Positions 1 to 10,345 of a stretch of 64,000 bases of DNA are shown piece by piece. The DNA lies in IMG/VR virus record IMGVR_UViG_3300047157_000165; one strand, given 5' to 3'. The first letter of the stretch is position 1. The number at the start of each line of letters is the position of its first letter. The stretch is from an uncultured virus (IMG/VR IMGVR_UViG_3300047157_000165). Lineage: Duplodnaviria; Heunggongvirae; Uroviricota; Caudoviricetes. The notes beneath the pieces were generated by a model, which saw only the letters and a list, made by a program, of their open reading frames with translations, was not told where the DNA came from and made no database searches. The translations under genes and the position numbers were made by a program.

Positions 1-562
1 GCGTATTAGAAGCATTCCAAGAAGGAGTGTTAGGTATTTTAATATAATGTATATTAACGTTCCCAGTTAAAGTACTAGGAAGTAACTTAACTGCGTCATC
101 TAAATTTGAACCATCTGTTATTTGTTGTCTGTAGTATATAGGATAAGAACTACTAGGTGAGATAAGTTTAGAAGATAAAACATAAGGAAGTTCTGATATT
201 TTTATTTCTTCAAACTGTGTTAAATTGTCACTTTTATATATAGATATTAATCTATAAAGATCAGTAACATTATCTGTTAAATTTATTAAATCATTTGTTG
301 TATCTATAGCAACAGCTTTTAATTTTAAAAAATGATCTATTTTTTCTTTTATATTATTTGCTAAATCGCCATAATCGTCATTAGAACCAATAACATTTGA
401 TTTTGATAAAACTCTATTATAATCATAAAAAGTTTTTTCTAATATTTCTAGTTGAGCCTGCTGAGCTAATTTATTAAATTGGCCAGGTGTTAACTGTCCT
501 CTCTGTTCTCTATTTAAAATTGTAAGTACAGTTTTGTATATTTTATCTACACTTATAGCCAT
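1..562 (-). CDS. Virion structural protein (tail ring/adaptor-like), truncated by window edge
   Basis: Manual translation from ATG at 562: MAISVDKIYKTVLTILNREQRGQLTPGQFNKLAQQAQLEI..., open to position 1; lies downstream of the capsid block. Confidence 0.6.
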   Translation of the reverse strand, partial: MAISVDKIYKTVLTILNREQRGQLTPGQFNKLAQQAQLEILEKTFYDYNRVLSKSNVIGSNDDYGDLANNIKEKIDHFLKLKAVAIDTTNDLINLTDNVTDLYRLISIYKSDNLTQFEEIKISELPYVLSSKLISPSSSYPIYYRQQITDGSNLDDAVKLLPSTLTGNVNIHYIKIPNTPSWNASNT

Positions 563-583
563 ATTTTGTTTTTTTTTATAATA

Positions 584-608
584 GTTAGGCCACATAAAGC
601 GGCCTAAC
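584..608 (-). terminator. Hairpin, possible terminator or processing stem
   Basis: GTTAGGCC...GGCCTAAC inverted repeat just after ORF 621-1358; weak U tract. Confidence 0.45.
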
Positions 609-620
609 CGTTATACGTGA

Positions 621-1358
621 CTATTTTAATCTTTTTTCCAATGTTTGGAAAACTTCAACTCCTTCATCTGTTTTGAACCAAGCTGCAAGTGCAGAGTATG
701 GATTTTCATCAAAAGGTACAGTCATTAATTTTCTACCATTACTAACCCACTGAAAAGTTCTTTGGTCATTTGATAGTTTTATTATGTTTGCTTCAACGCC
801 TTTCAAGCCTATGTTTCTTAAGTTTACATTTTCATCAGCGGCTAGTTCTAAAAATAATTCTGGATCATTACTAGCAAAAACTAATAAATCTCTTTTTATT
901 TCTTTAGATGTCATGTTAGCAACAGAAGATCCTACGTTTACTCTTACTATTGCTTCTGCTTCATCTATATTTAAATTTTTAGCTGCATTTAAAGCTTCTA
1001 TTCTTTGTTCAAGCTCTACTAAATCATCTTTAGCTTCTTCTTGTGGATCATATTCAAAGTATAATTTATTTAATCCAGGGTGATATAAAGATAATAATTT
1101 TTGTAGTGTTTGTTTTTGTTTTGGTACCATCAACATACCATCTTCGAATACAATGTGAGCTAGTCTAGCATCACCCTTGAAATCATCTACAAATGGAGTT
1201 TTTTGGTTAACAGTATATTTTAATTCTCTTTCAAAACCTTGTTCTTCATCAAACCAAAATATATTTTTACTTTTCATTGTAAAGGTTAATGGAGAAAGTT
1301 CATTTTTAAGTATGTATGTTCTATCCTTGATAGACCATTTATTTTTTGTTTTTGTCAT
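621..1358 (-). CDS. Hypothetical protein downstream of major capsid, probably virion-associated
   Basis: 245-aa ORF in the head module. Confidence 0.6.
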   Translation of the reverse strand: MTKTKNKWSIKDRTYILKNELSPLTFTMKSKNIFWFDEEQGFERELKYTVNQKTPFVDDFKGDARLAHIVFEDGMLMVPKQKQTLQKLLSLYHPGLNKLYFEYDPQEEAKDDLVELEQRIEALNAAKNLNIDEAEAIVRVNVGSSVANMTSKEIKRDLLVFASNDPELFLELAADENVNLRNIGLKGVEANIIKLSNDQRTFQWVSNGRKLMTVPFDENPYSALAAWFKTDEGVEVFQTLEKRLK

Positions 1359-1384
1359 GATATAATATAATAAAAATTAATAAA

Positions 1385-1422
1385 AGTAATAATTACCCCC
1401 GTTAATAAAACGAGGGTAAAAA
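1385..1422 (-). terminator. Probable intrinsic terminator after major capsid gene
   Basis: Minus strand TTACCCTCGTT-loop-AACGGGGGTAA followed by TTATTACTTTT. Confidence 0.55.
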
Positions 1423-1434
1423 TTACGTTAAGTA

Positions 1435-2830
1435 TTATGCAAAGTTACCAAACAGTACGAAGTTATTCGCAGCTTGTGTAACTAAACATCTTTCTGATAG
1501 GTAATGTACCTCCATCGCATCAAGATCGCTAGTAGATGCTCCACCAACAGATCCTGTGATCCAAGATTTTAATTTTCTATCATCAGATTGTGAAGCTCTG
1601 TATCTTACGTGTAAGAAAGGTCTTTTGATGTTTTTACCAAGAATTTGGTCATAAACAGATGAAGTACCCGCTGGTACTAATATACCTGTAACATCAGAAG
1701 CAATTTCTCCTCTAGTAGATGCATCGTTTAAGTATTTCCAATCAGTTTTGTAGAAGTCATAAGAACCTCTTCTAAAACCAGAAAAACCTAAGTTGATTGC
1801 CATATCTTCAGAATTATTAAATAATCCCCAAGAAGTACCACCAGAACCATAAGAGTTTTGAGCAGCTAACATATCATCAATATTTAAAGATAAATCTCTA
1901 TTTAAAAATAATACATTTTCCTCAATAGCTCCTTGCTTATCTAATTTCTTAAGCATGTTATCAAAATCAGCTAAATCATCAGCAGCAGAAGTTTCCATCA
2001 ATACCATCTTCATGGATGTGACCTCTATCTTTTACCGCAGCAAATAAACCTTCAGTTCCTGCGATGTCTACTAAATTTGTATTAACGTTTTTCTCTGATT
2101 CAATCATAGCCATTTCTAAGTAATCTTCGAATCTCTTTCTAGTATCACCTTCAGCTTTGATATACCATAAGTAACCTGACTGACCAGCTTCACCTGTAAC
2201 TTCAACCCATCCAATTTGAGAAGCATCAGATCCAGAGATCTCATATTTATCTTTTAAGATAATTGGGTTGTTAGTGTAAGACTGGAAACTTGGCTTAACC
2301 GCTTCATTCATACCAGTGTCAGCTTTTTTGAATTCAGAACCGTATACGAAAAGCTTTATAACACCACTTCCTGTTGCAATACCAGCGGCAACACAACCCG
2401 TAGAGTTCGTGTAACATTTAACTGTTATTTGTGCAGCACCAACTGCTGATACATAAGCTTTAACAACATCTGTTCCGTCGCTCACTACCACTGTTTGCCC
2501 TACTCTAATAGCATGACTAGTAAGTCCTGAAATAACGTTTGCACCACCTGAATCAGCAGCACAAGTACCACCTGAATAAGATAGGTGTAATCTTCCTTGT
2601 TCTGACCAAATGATTTGATCTGAACTCATAGGCATCTCTGCGCCTACCATTTTTAAAAACCCACCAACAGATCTATCACCGAACTTTTCGATCTCTGCTT
2701 CATATAAGTCTGGAAGATATTGTTGTGCCCAGCCTTTTGTTGCAGAAGATGTGAAGTCAATGTAATTTGTTGATAAGGCTTGTTTAACTGGAGCTGGAGT
2801 TGTAGTTCCGCTCCCTAATGTAATTGCCAT
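1435..2830 (-). CDS. Major capsid protein, split by one frameshift near 1992-1994
   Basis: ORFs 1979-2830 and 1435-2013 join as ...HEDGIDG-TSAADDLADF... if one A is removed from GGAAAC; follows scaffold and portal; capsid-like C-terminus EVHYLSERCLVTQAANNFVLF. Confidence 0.8.
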
Positions 2831-2848
2831 AATTTGTTTTTTTTAAAG

Positions 2849-4033
2849 TTATTTTTTAATTTTAATTCTTAATTTTGAACTATCATCGCCGCTTATAGCT
2901 CTCACTTTCATTCCACCAGCATCTATATTTTGACCAATCCTTCTAGGATCCATATTAATATTTTTTGCTTCTGAAGACATTTGCTTTATAGCATCTGACT
3001 TTCCTTGTTCATAAAAATGATTTGCTATTGAATCAGCATTTCTAGCAGCATAAAGTGCTTTATGATAACCATTAGCATCTTTCAACATGTTTTTGTCATC
3101 TAAGAACGTCTCAAATGCACTTAATATGTTACTTTGTGCTTCTTTAGTTGTCTGAACATCTTTAACGTTATATCTAAATTTATTTTCACCGACTTTAAAC
3201 TCAAAACCTTTGAATTTATCACTGAAAACACTATTAGTTTTATTTATAAAGTTTTCGTTAGACTCTTGCTGCTGAGCAGTTAGTTCGTTCTGCTCTTTTT
3301 TATAATTATCATAAAAATTTACAGCTTCTTTAATTTCCGTAGAAAAATTAGAACCAGATTTTATGTCATTATAGTATTTACTTTTTGCGTTAGCTAAATA
3401 TGTTTTTGCGCTAGCGACTTCTTCTTTGTAGTTTAATTTTTTTCTTTTAATATCTCTTTCTTTATCTATTTCATCATCATAAGAAAATTTATCTTCTAAC
3501 AAGAAATTTATTTCCTCACTATTTAAATGAGGTTTTGTTGATTTATAGTACTCTAGCAATAAGTCATCATCACCTAGTGATTCTACATCAACGTTTAATT
3601 TTACATAATCCTGTAATGTTCCTCCAGTTTCACTCATAAAATCCATGAGTTTCTTAACATCTTCAGGATATTCTAGTTTTACTTCTTCTTGTAAGACTTG
3701 ACTTTCTTCGGGCTGCTTTTCTTGTATTTGCCCTTGCTCTTGCACTTGTACGCCATCTTTTTCTTCTTTAATTAATGTTATTACTTCTTCTTGTTCTTGA
3801 GGTTCAACTTGTTTTTCTTCCTCTTTAATCTGTTCAACTGGTTCCTCTTGTTTTTTAGCTTCTTCCACTTGTTCGGCAGGAGGTTGTTCAACGGTTTTTT
3901 CTTCTGTTTGTTTAGTTAAATCAACTTTGTAAACACCATCTTCTTGTTGTCCACTAGTTTTATCAACTAAATCTTGTTCTTTTTCAGCTGTAGACATATT
4001 GTCTTCAACTGATTTCATTTTGATTTCTGACAT
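2849..4033 (-). CDS. Putative capsid scaffolding protein
   Basis: E/Q-rich, acidic, helical 394-aa ORF between portal and capsid. Confidence 0.6.
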   Translation of the reverse strand: MSEIKMKSVEDNMSTAEKEQDLVDKTSGQQEDGVYKVDLTKQTEEKTVEQPPAEQVEEAKKQEEPVEQIKEEEKQVEPQEQEEVITLIKEEKDGVQVQEQGQIQEKQPEESQVLQEEVKLEYPEDVKKLMDFMSETGGTLQDYVKLNVDVESLGDDDLLLEYYKSTKPHLNSEEINFLLEDKFSYDDEIDKERDIKRKKLNYKEEVASAKTYLANAKSKYYNDIKSGSNFSTEIKEAVNFYDNYKKEQNELTAQQQESNENFINKTNSVFSDKFKGFEFKVGENKFRYNVKDVQTTKEAQSNILSAFETFLDDKNMLKDANGYHKALYAARNADSIANHFYEQGKSDAIKQMSSEAKNINMDPRRIGQNIDAGGMKVRAISGDDSSKLRIKIKK

Positions 4034-4059
4034 AATAAAATATTATAAAATTTAAAAAA

Positions 4060-6479
4060 TTATCTTGGATCAAATTGCTCTAATCCAAATCCACCTAAGT
4101 TATCAAATCCTGCAGATTCAAAATCTTTTAGGTGGTTTTCCAGTTTGTCGCTGGTTTATAAGCTCACTTTGTTGTGTAGCTTGTATTTTTGTTCTTTTGT
4201 CTTTTCTATTTTCTTTGTATTCTTCTTTAGTATTTATCACCTGTGTTTCAGCTTGTTTAAGTTGCATGTTAAGTTGAAATTCGTGAAACATTAATTCTTT
4301 TTTAATTTCAGCTTCTCTTTCAAGCTTCTGTATTTCAAATTGATGTTCAATTTCTGACATCTTAGCTTTACCTTGCATTATTACCTGCTCTTTTTGAGCT
4401 TCACTCTGAGCAGCAGCTTGTGCAGCTTGTGCGTTTGATCTACTTTGAGCTTCGATATTTTCCATTTGAAGTTGTCTATCTTTTTCTTGTTTTTTTCTTT
4501 CTTCTTAGTTTAAGTAATTGGTTAGCTAATTTTAAATTCTTAACCTCTCTAGCATCAATAGCATCTTCTATTTCTATTTGTTTTTGTTGTAATGCCATTT
4601 GAATATTATTTTCAAGAATTTGTTTTTGTTCTTCGTCTGGAGCTAATTCCAAAAATATACCAAAATCATGTAAGTGAAGAGTTTGTATTTCTCTTAAACT
4701 AGCTACATTAAATTTACCAACACCATTTACAAATGCTTGAGTTGTATTTCCATATTGCAATACATCAGATACTCTTAGTGATATTGCTTCTGCTGTCTTT
4801 AAAGTTAAATATAATCCAGCTTGTAATACGTGTCTAGTAGCAACATTTGAATTAGCAGCAGCTAACTTTTGTAAGCCTACTAAAGCATTTTTATCAGGCA
4901 TACTACCATCTCTTGCTTCATTTAATCCAGTAACATCTCTAATCATTTGTAGATAATAATTATAAGATTGAATTAAACTAGCTATCTTTTGTCCACCAGA
5001 AGATGATTGTAATTCTTGAACTGGCATACGACTATGATTATATTCACCATCACCAGTCATAGATCTACCTATAACAGAACCAGTTTGAAAATACATATTT
5101 AATGCTTCTTGTGGGTTATAATTAGTTCCATTTCCTAAGTCTATTTCAGCTATACCATCAGCATCTAAATAAACACCATCTGGAACCATTCTAGATAATA
5201 CTTGTTGTAATTTTAAATGAGTCAATTGAACCATATCCGCAAAAGTTGTCATACGACCTACTAAAGATTCTATCTTACCTTTATAAATTCTAGGAGCAAC
5301 AATGCTATAGGATAGTTGAGCTTTTGTTATATCAGAATATGGTCTTGTCATATTTTCGGCTAACTTCCATTTAAGTAATTTATTTGATCCAATTATTTTA
5401 GCACCTTCATAAATAACCTCTATTGATCTATTTACTTTTTGAAACCTATTTTCTGAATCTTTAGGTGGATTAAATTCATCTGTTTTCTTTATAGATTTTT
5501 GAGAACCAGTTGAAGTTTCTTTTATTTTATAAACTTGATTATTAAATGTTTTATATTCAAAGTATAAAATATAAACATAATTGTTATCCGGTGAATCAGA
5601 TGAAGAATAAGATTTATTATATAACATAGAACTATTACTAGATCCTTCTATTTCTTCAATGTCTTCACTAGTTAATTCAGGATATTGTTTTTTCAAATCA
5701 ATTAAACTGACTCTTTTAACTTCACCTACATAATATATGTCATCAAAGTATGGTGATTCAGTATATGAGTAAACTAAATCTGCAGGATCAACATAATCTA
5801 TTTTTATACCTTCAGATGTATTAAAACTATTTTTTACAGCTCCAATACCTACAACAGCTAAATCATAATCTAATCTCTTTTTTAATAAATCATATTTGTT
5901 GTAATCAAAAACATTATTTATTGCTTCTTCTTCAGCTATTTCTATTGATTGTTTATAATCAAGTTGCATATGTAGCTCTAACTCCTCTTGTGTTTCTGGT
6001 AGAGTTTCTTTATCATTATTATACATGTTAATAGAAAAAGAATTTTCTAACTCATCAAATAATGATTTGTTTTTCATATCTCTTACAATAGAATCAACAT
6101 AACTTGTTCTAGTATCTATAGAAGCTTGATCTTGAGAATAAGCTTTTATATCATACATTCTTTCTGATATACCATTAACTACAATGTCAACAAATTTTGG
6201 AATAATAGGTACTGGCTTCCAGTCTAAATTTAAATAAGACAAATCACCATTTATAGATAATTCATCTTTATATTTTTGTATACTTTGCTCCCCTCTAGCG
6301 TAAAGTCTTAATCTATGAAATTGGTCTCTGTTAGCGTAGTATCTAACGGATCCTGAGTCCCTTTTAAACCATTCAGCTTCTATAGCTTTTGCAATCTCTA
6401 ATCCATAAGGAGATGAAGATTTTTCACCGTCACTAGCTGATTGACTAGGAAATTGTCCTTTTGTTATTTGTTTTGACAT
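4060..6479 (-). CDS. Portal protein, split by two homopolymer frameshifts (4490-4496 and 4126-4129)
   Basis: Directly after terL; removing one A at each site joins 4476-6479, 4118-4465 and a tail ...PPKDFESAGFDNLGGFGLEQFDPR*. Confidence 0.8.
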
Positions 6480-6482
6480 TAA

Positions 6483-8687
6483 TTATATTATTTTTGAAGA
6501 AAATCCTCTGTTATCGTATTTTTTAAATTCAAAATCTAATGTTTTTACTATTTTATCTGCTCTTGGAGTATATAAATGTCTATTGCAAGCCATTATAGCT
6601 AATCCAGAACTTATAGTAGCATCAAATTTTGTTCTGTTGTTTATATCAAACTTCGACCAGTCATTTAACGTTCTATTAAAATACATGGAACCGTATGATC
6701 CGTCTGGTTTTATTCCTACATGTTGCTGTATATATGTTTCTATTGCAGCAGCATGAGCTTGTTTAATATCTTCACCTGTATTAGGTATACCACCAACTTC
6801 TTTTTCGGTTGTTGATAATCTGTTATATGTTTTATCAGGTCTATTCATAGAATAACCTCTATAACCTCTTCTTTTTAAATAATAAAGTAAACGAGGTTTG
6901 TTATTCTCTGCTAATAATGGCATTCCATAAAAAATTAAAGACATAAGCACATCTTCAAAAAATATTTCTGCCGTTTGTGGTCTAGCAACATATTCTAAAA
7001 AAAACGTATTTACTGGTGAATCTTCCATGCTAAACTTAGTTAAACCGTGTAAAGAACCTTTAGAACCTCTTCTGTCAACAGTACCTGATATATCATAAGA
7101 GTCACAACCAAAAGCACCAATATGTTCATTGCCTGGTTTTTTAAAACCATTTTTCATTACAACATTATTTTGTAGGTTTAATGGAGGAATCCATGAAATA
7201 TAAAACCTACCTTTAATATCAGGATAAAAATTTACTTCAGTATCTTTAACTCCATTTTTCCACTGAAAATTACCTCTTGTAACTATGCCACTACTTTTTA
7301 AATCTTCATTATAATCTATTTGCTCATATAACTTAACTAGGTTAAATATACTATTTTTTGTTTCATCTCTAAAAGCATGCTCTTCAGTTCTAGGAAACTG
7401 TCTATAAAACTCATTTAAAGCGTCATGGTTACTTTTTAAACCTTCTGCTTCATTCTCCCAGTGTTCAACGACACCGATGTCGATAGCTTCACCATGAGGT
7501 CCAATAGCGGCTTCTTTTGGGGTGTCGAATACAGGTAGTCCATAAGTATCAATGAATCCTTCGTAATTCCATTCCATAGGTATGAACAAACTATATAATC
7601 CAGAACGAGTCTGTCCATTTTTATTTCTTTTTGTGACATCTGAATCATAATATAATTGTTTAAAATTATTTCCACCTTTGTCAAGAGAATTACTCGTTGA
7701 CCCCATCATACATTTACCTATTATTCTCGAACCGAGCCTGAGGGTGGTTTTTGTGACACGCCAGTTATTGAGGATGTTTTCCGGACGCTCCCATTTTCCA
7801 GCTTCATCATGGACGAGAAGTGCGAGCTTCTCTCCATCATAGGAATTATCTCCGGTATTTTTCCAATCAATGGTGGTGTCCAATCCTTCCAACTCTTGGG
7901 GTTTATCCTTCGACTCGAGTCTTTTACGTGTAAATTTCGAAGCGGGTACTCTGTACGCAAGTTCTGTCTTGGGGCGATCCATACCGTCCTGTATGGGTCT
8001 GAAAAAGAATGGATAATTGATCGATATTGGTACCACTTTATCTGTGAACATTTTTTTCGCATCGGCTCCAGATTTGGACAGTATTCCGTACCGTGCATCG
8101 GAAGATATGGTAGCGAGGTTAACTGTCTCCCCGGATGCCATAAACGAAAAACCGCTACGTCTATTCTTGAGATAGCACATTCCGTAACACCTTGTATCTG
8201 CTTTACACGCTTCCCAATAAATAAAGAATAATCGATTGGCTTCTCGAAAGTCTGGCTTCCCAACATCAATCTTGGTCCACTGCAAGTACATGTAGTGAGT
8301 GCCAGTAACATAAGTAGAGTTACCTTTGTTATTGAACCAATAACCTTCTTCACGTCTTGTAAATTCTCTATCAATGTATTCATGCCATTTTTGTTTAAAT
8401 TCATCTGGTAATTCTTTCCAATCAAATATGCTTTTTATTCTTTTAAGCTCTTTAGGATATTCGTGTGGTTTCCATTTATTGTTTTCATTAGAAACTTTTT
8501 GTGTTTTAGGTAAAGCTATTTTTAAATTCTGTATGCTATACACATCTCCAATTTGCCCTGTTTTACTTACAACAACAATATCATATTCTTTATTATAACC
8601 ATACTTCCATTTTTTAGATTTGTTTAATCTATTAATAGTAGTTTTTTTAATAGGTTCTATTATTTTATATAAACTTTGTTCGTACAT
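6483..8687 (-). CDS. terL: Terminase large subunit
   Basis: Walker A-like KNRRSGFS, Walker B LLVHDEAGK, nuclease motif FGCDSYD. Confidence 0.9.
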   Translation of the reverse strand: MYEQSLYKIIEPIKKTTINRLNKSKKWKYGYNKEYDIVVVSKTGQIGDVYSIQNLKIALPKTQKVSNENNKWKPHEYPKELKRIKSIFDWKELPDEFKQKWHEYIDREFTRREEGYWFNNKGNSTYVTGTHYMYLQWTKIDVGKPDFREANRLFFIYWEACKADTRCYGMCYLKNRRSGFSFMASGETVNLATISSDARYGILSKSGADAKKMFTDKVVPISINYPFFFRPIQDGMDRPKTELAYRVPASKFTRKRLESKDKPQELEGLDTTIDWKNTGDNSYDGEKLALLVHDEAGKWERPENILNNWRVTKTTLRLGSRIIGKCMMGSTSNSLDKGGNNFKQLYYDSDVTKRNKNGQTRSGLYSLFIPMEWNYEGFIDTYGLPVFDTPKEAAIGPHGEAIDIGVVEHWENEAEGLKSNHDALNEFYRQFPRTEEHAFRDETKNSIFNLVKLYEQIDYNEDLKSSGIVTRGNFQWKNGVKDTEVNFYPDIKGRFYISWIPPLNLQNNVVMKNGFKKPGNEHIGAFGCDSYDISGTVDRRGSKGSLHGLTKFSMEDSPVNTFFLEYVARPQTAEIFFEDVLMSLIFYGMPLLAENNKPRLLYYLKRRGYRGYSMNRPDKTYNRLSTTEKEVGGIPNTGEDIKQAHAAAIETYIQQHVGIKPDGSYGSMYFNRTLNDWSKFDINNRTKFDATISSGLAIMACNRHLYTPRADKIVKTLDFEFKKYDNRGFSSKII
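7721..8383 (-). CDS. Candidate overprinted gene inside terL (alternate frame)
   Basis: Stop-free alternate frame of over 220 codons that coincides with atypical GC-rich terL codons; N-terminal hydrophobic stretch ending LALTTC. Confidence 0.4.
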   Translation of the reverse strand: MNTLIENLQDVKKVIGSITKVTLLMLLALTTCTCSGPRLMLGSQTFEKPIDYSLFIGKRVKQIQGVTECAISRIDVAVFRLWHPGRQLTSLPYLPMHGTEYCPNLEPMRKKCSQIKWYQYRSIIHSFSDPYRTVWIAPRQNLRTEYPLRNLHVKDSSRRINPKSWKDWTPPLIGKIPEIIPMMERSSHFSSMMKLENGSVRKTSSITGVSQKPPSGSVRE

Positions 8688-8959
8688 TATCTAGATCTTC
8701 TTTCAGCAAAACCTTTAAAACTCTGTTCCTTTACTTCTATAGGTTTATTTTGTAACAAACTTTCTTCTTCTTGTATTCTATTTAAAATCTCAAAAGCATC
8801 AAATATAGCTAGTTTTTTTGTAGCTGCAGCATTTTTCAATCTATCAGCAGATATATCATCATCAGAATCAACAATAGGTTCTTTAGCAACTTTTATTAAT
8901 TCTTCTACAGCTTTATGTCCAGCTTGGATTATATTCTTTTTCGTGTCCTTGACGTTCAT
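8687..8959 (-). CDS. Possible terminase small subunit
   Basis: 90-aa helical ORF abutting the terL start; positional inference. Confidence 0.4.
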   Translation of the reverse strand: MNVKDTKKNIIQAGHKAVEELIKVAKEPIVDSDDDISADRLKNAAATKKLAIFDAFEILNRIQEEESLLQNKPIEVKEQSFKGFAERRSR

Positions 8960-9500
8960 ATTTTATACAAATTGATTTAATTGGAACTCTATATAGCCTT
9001 TCATTGTCTATAATAAATTCATATTCACTATTTGGAGTAAAACCAATTAGTGTATTTTTTTTAATTAATTTATTGTTTTCTATGTATTTTACAACACCAG
9101 TTAATTCAATTTCTTTTTCTTGAGAAAAAATATCATTGTTTTCAATAGGTTTAACAAAACAAAATTCATCAATAGATTTCCATCTTTTATCTTGCTTGTA
9201 CATAAAAATTTGATCTAAATAAATAAAATACTTATTTTCTTTAAAGTAAGATGAGCTATCTACCTCTTCACCTCTCATATTACTATATCTTCTAAAAATA
9301 TTGTGATGAACTATAACTTCATCTCCTATTTTTATATTTGTTTTAACATTTTTAGGTGTAGATATTACAACAGCATTTCTATTCACATATCTATGATCTT
9401 GTATTTCAGTGTTTAATATTAAATTATTTTCACCTATTTTTTTTGTATTATTATATCTTGATTTAATAGGTTCAACAATAAAAGCATATAAACTCTGCAT
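8913..9500 (-). CDS. GroES-like protein with two apparent GroES-type repeats
   Basis: FIVEP...AVVIST...IKIGDEVIV, then FCFVKP...GVVKY...IGF...EFIIDNERLYRV. Confidence 0.55.
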   Translation of the reverse strand: MQSLYAFIVEPIKSRYNNTKKIGENNLILNTEIQDHRYVNRNAVVISTPKNVKTNIKIGDEVIVHHNIFRRYSNMRGEEVDSSSYFKENKYFIYLDQIFMYKQDKRWKSIDEFCFVKPIENNDIFSQEKEIELTGVVKYIENNKLIKKNTLIGFTPNSEYEFIIDNERLYRVPIKSICIKYERQGHEKEYNPSWT

Positions 9501-9718
9501 TAATATTGTAAATTGTATTCTACGCTAACAGCCATATTTTTATTAAAATCTTTCCAAGGTAGTATTTCACCTTGTTTTTTTATAAATATACTAAATTTTT
9601 CTTCTTTTTCTACAATATCACATATAATATGGCCACCATATACTTCTTGACCAACCGCATAATGCATTGCAGAGTCTTTATAGTCTCTACCTACACTTAT
9701 TTTTCTAATTAAATTCAT
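9500..9718 (-). CDS. Hypothetical protein
   Basis: 72-aa ORF coupled to neighbours. Confidence 0.6.
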   Translation of the reverse strand: MNLIRKISVGRDYKDSAMHYAVGQEVYGGHIICDIVEKEEKFSIFIKKQGEILPWKDFNKNMAVSVEYNLQY

Positions 9719-9721
9719 ATT

Positions 9722-10183
9722 TTATTTTTTAAATATACTCGCTGCTTTTTCTCCACTTCGTCCTCCAAAATAGGCTAATACAACTGACATCATAACTTTT
9801 TCAAAAGTATCGTTCCATGTTTCACCTATATGGAATGGTATTGATTCTACACTATCTAATATTCCGGCTAATGAAAATATAACAATACACCACACTAAAA
9901 CTAGCGGGCGTACATTTTTAGAAAGCCATGAATCTGACATAGAATCTGCTTGCCATCTTGAAGTGATGCTTTCCATTTCTTTATTTTGTTGTTCAAATAT
10001 AAGCTGTTGTAATTTTATTTTATCGTCATTACTTACGTCAGATTTACCTATTGCTGCTATAGCTTCTGCCGGTGTTGAAGCTCCACTAATTAAATTACCT
10101 AAAGTAGGGTTTACTAACGATGCAGCACCGAATAAAAGTTTACCTACAGTAGTTTGTGCAAATTTCTTTTTTTTATCACTCAT
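9722..10183 (-). CDS. Holin-like membrane protein (3TM/GTA holin type)
   Basis: RWQADSMSDSWLSKNVRP, two hydrophobic helices, YFGGRS. Confidence 0.65.
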   Translation of the reverse strand: MSDKKKKFAQTTVGKLLFGAASLVNPTLGNLISGASTPAEAIAAIGKSDVSNDDKIKLQQLIFEQQNKEMESITSRWQADSMSDSWLSKNVRPLVLVWCIVIFSLAGILDSVESIPFHIGETWNDTFEKVMMSVVLAYFGGRSGEKAASIFKK

Positions 10184-10189
10184 TTTATT

Positions 10190-10342
10190 TTATTTATATG
10201 GAAACATTTCATTTAAACGTTTTTTTCTACCTTCACAACCACATGGTATATTCAAACCTTTAGAAACTTTATCTACAATAGTTTTAATACCACTGGCTTT
10301 TGTTATTTTTTCTACAGTATCTCCTAAACCTTTTGATTTCAT
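10190..10342 (-). CDS. Small hypothetical protein with CGC motif
   Basis: Manual: MKSKGLGDTVEKITKASGIKTIVDKVSKGLNIPCGCEGRKKRLNEMFPYK; fills the gap. Confidence 0.65.
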   Translation of the reverse strand: MKSKGLGDTVEKITKASGIKTIVDKVSKGLNIPCGCEGRKKRLNEMFPYK

Positions 10343-10345
10343 GTT

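Noticed and set aside
1979..2013. Programmed +1 frameshift in the major capsid gene
   Set aside because: It falls mid-protein with no stimulatory signal, and the same single-base homopolymer pattern recurs in other genes, so error is more parsimonious
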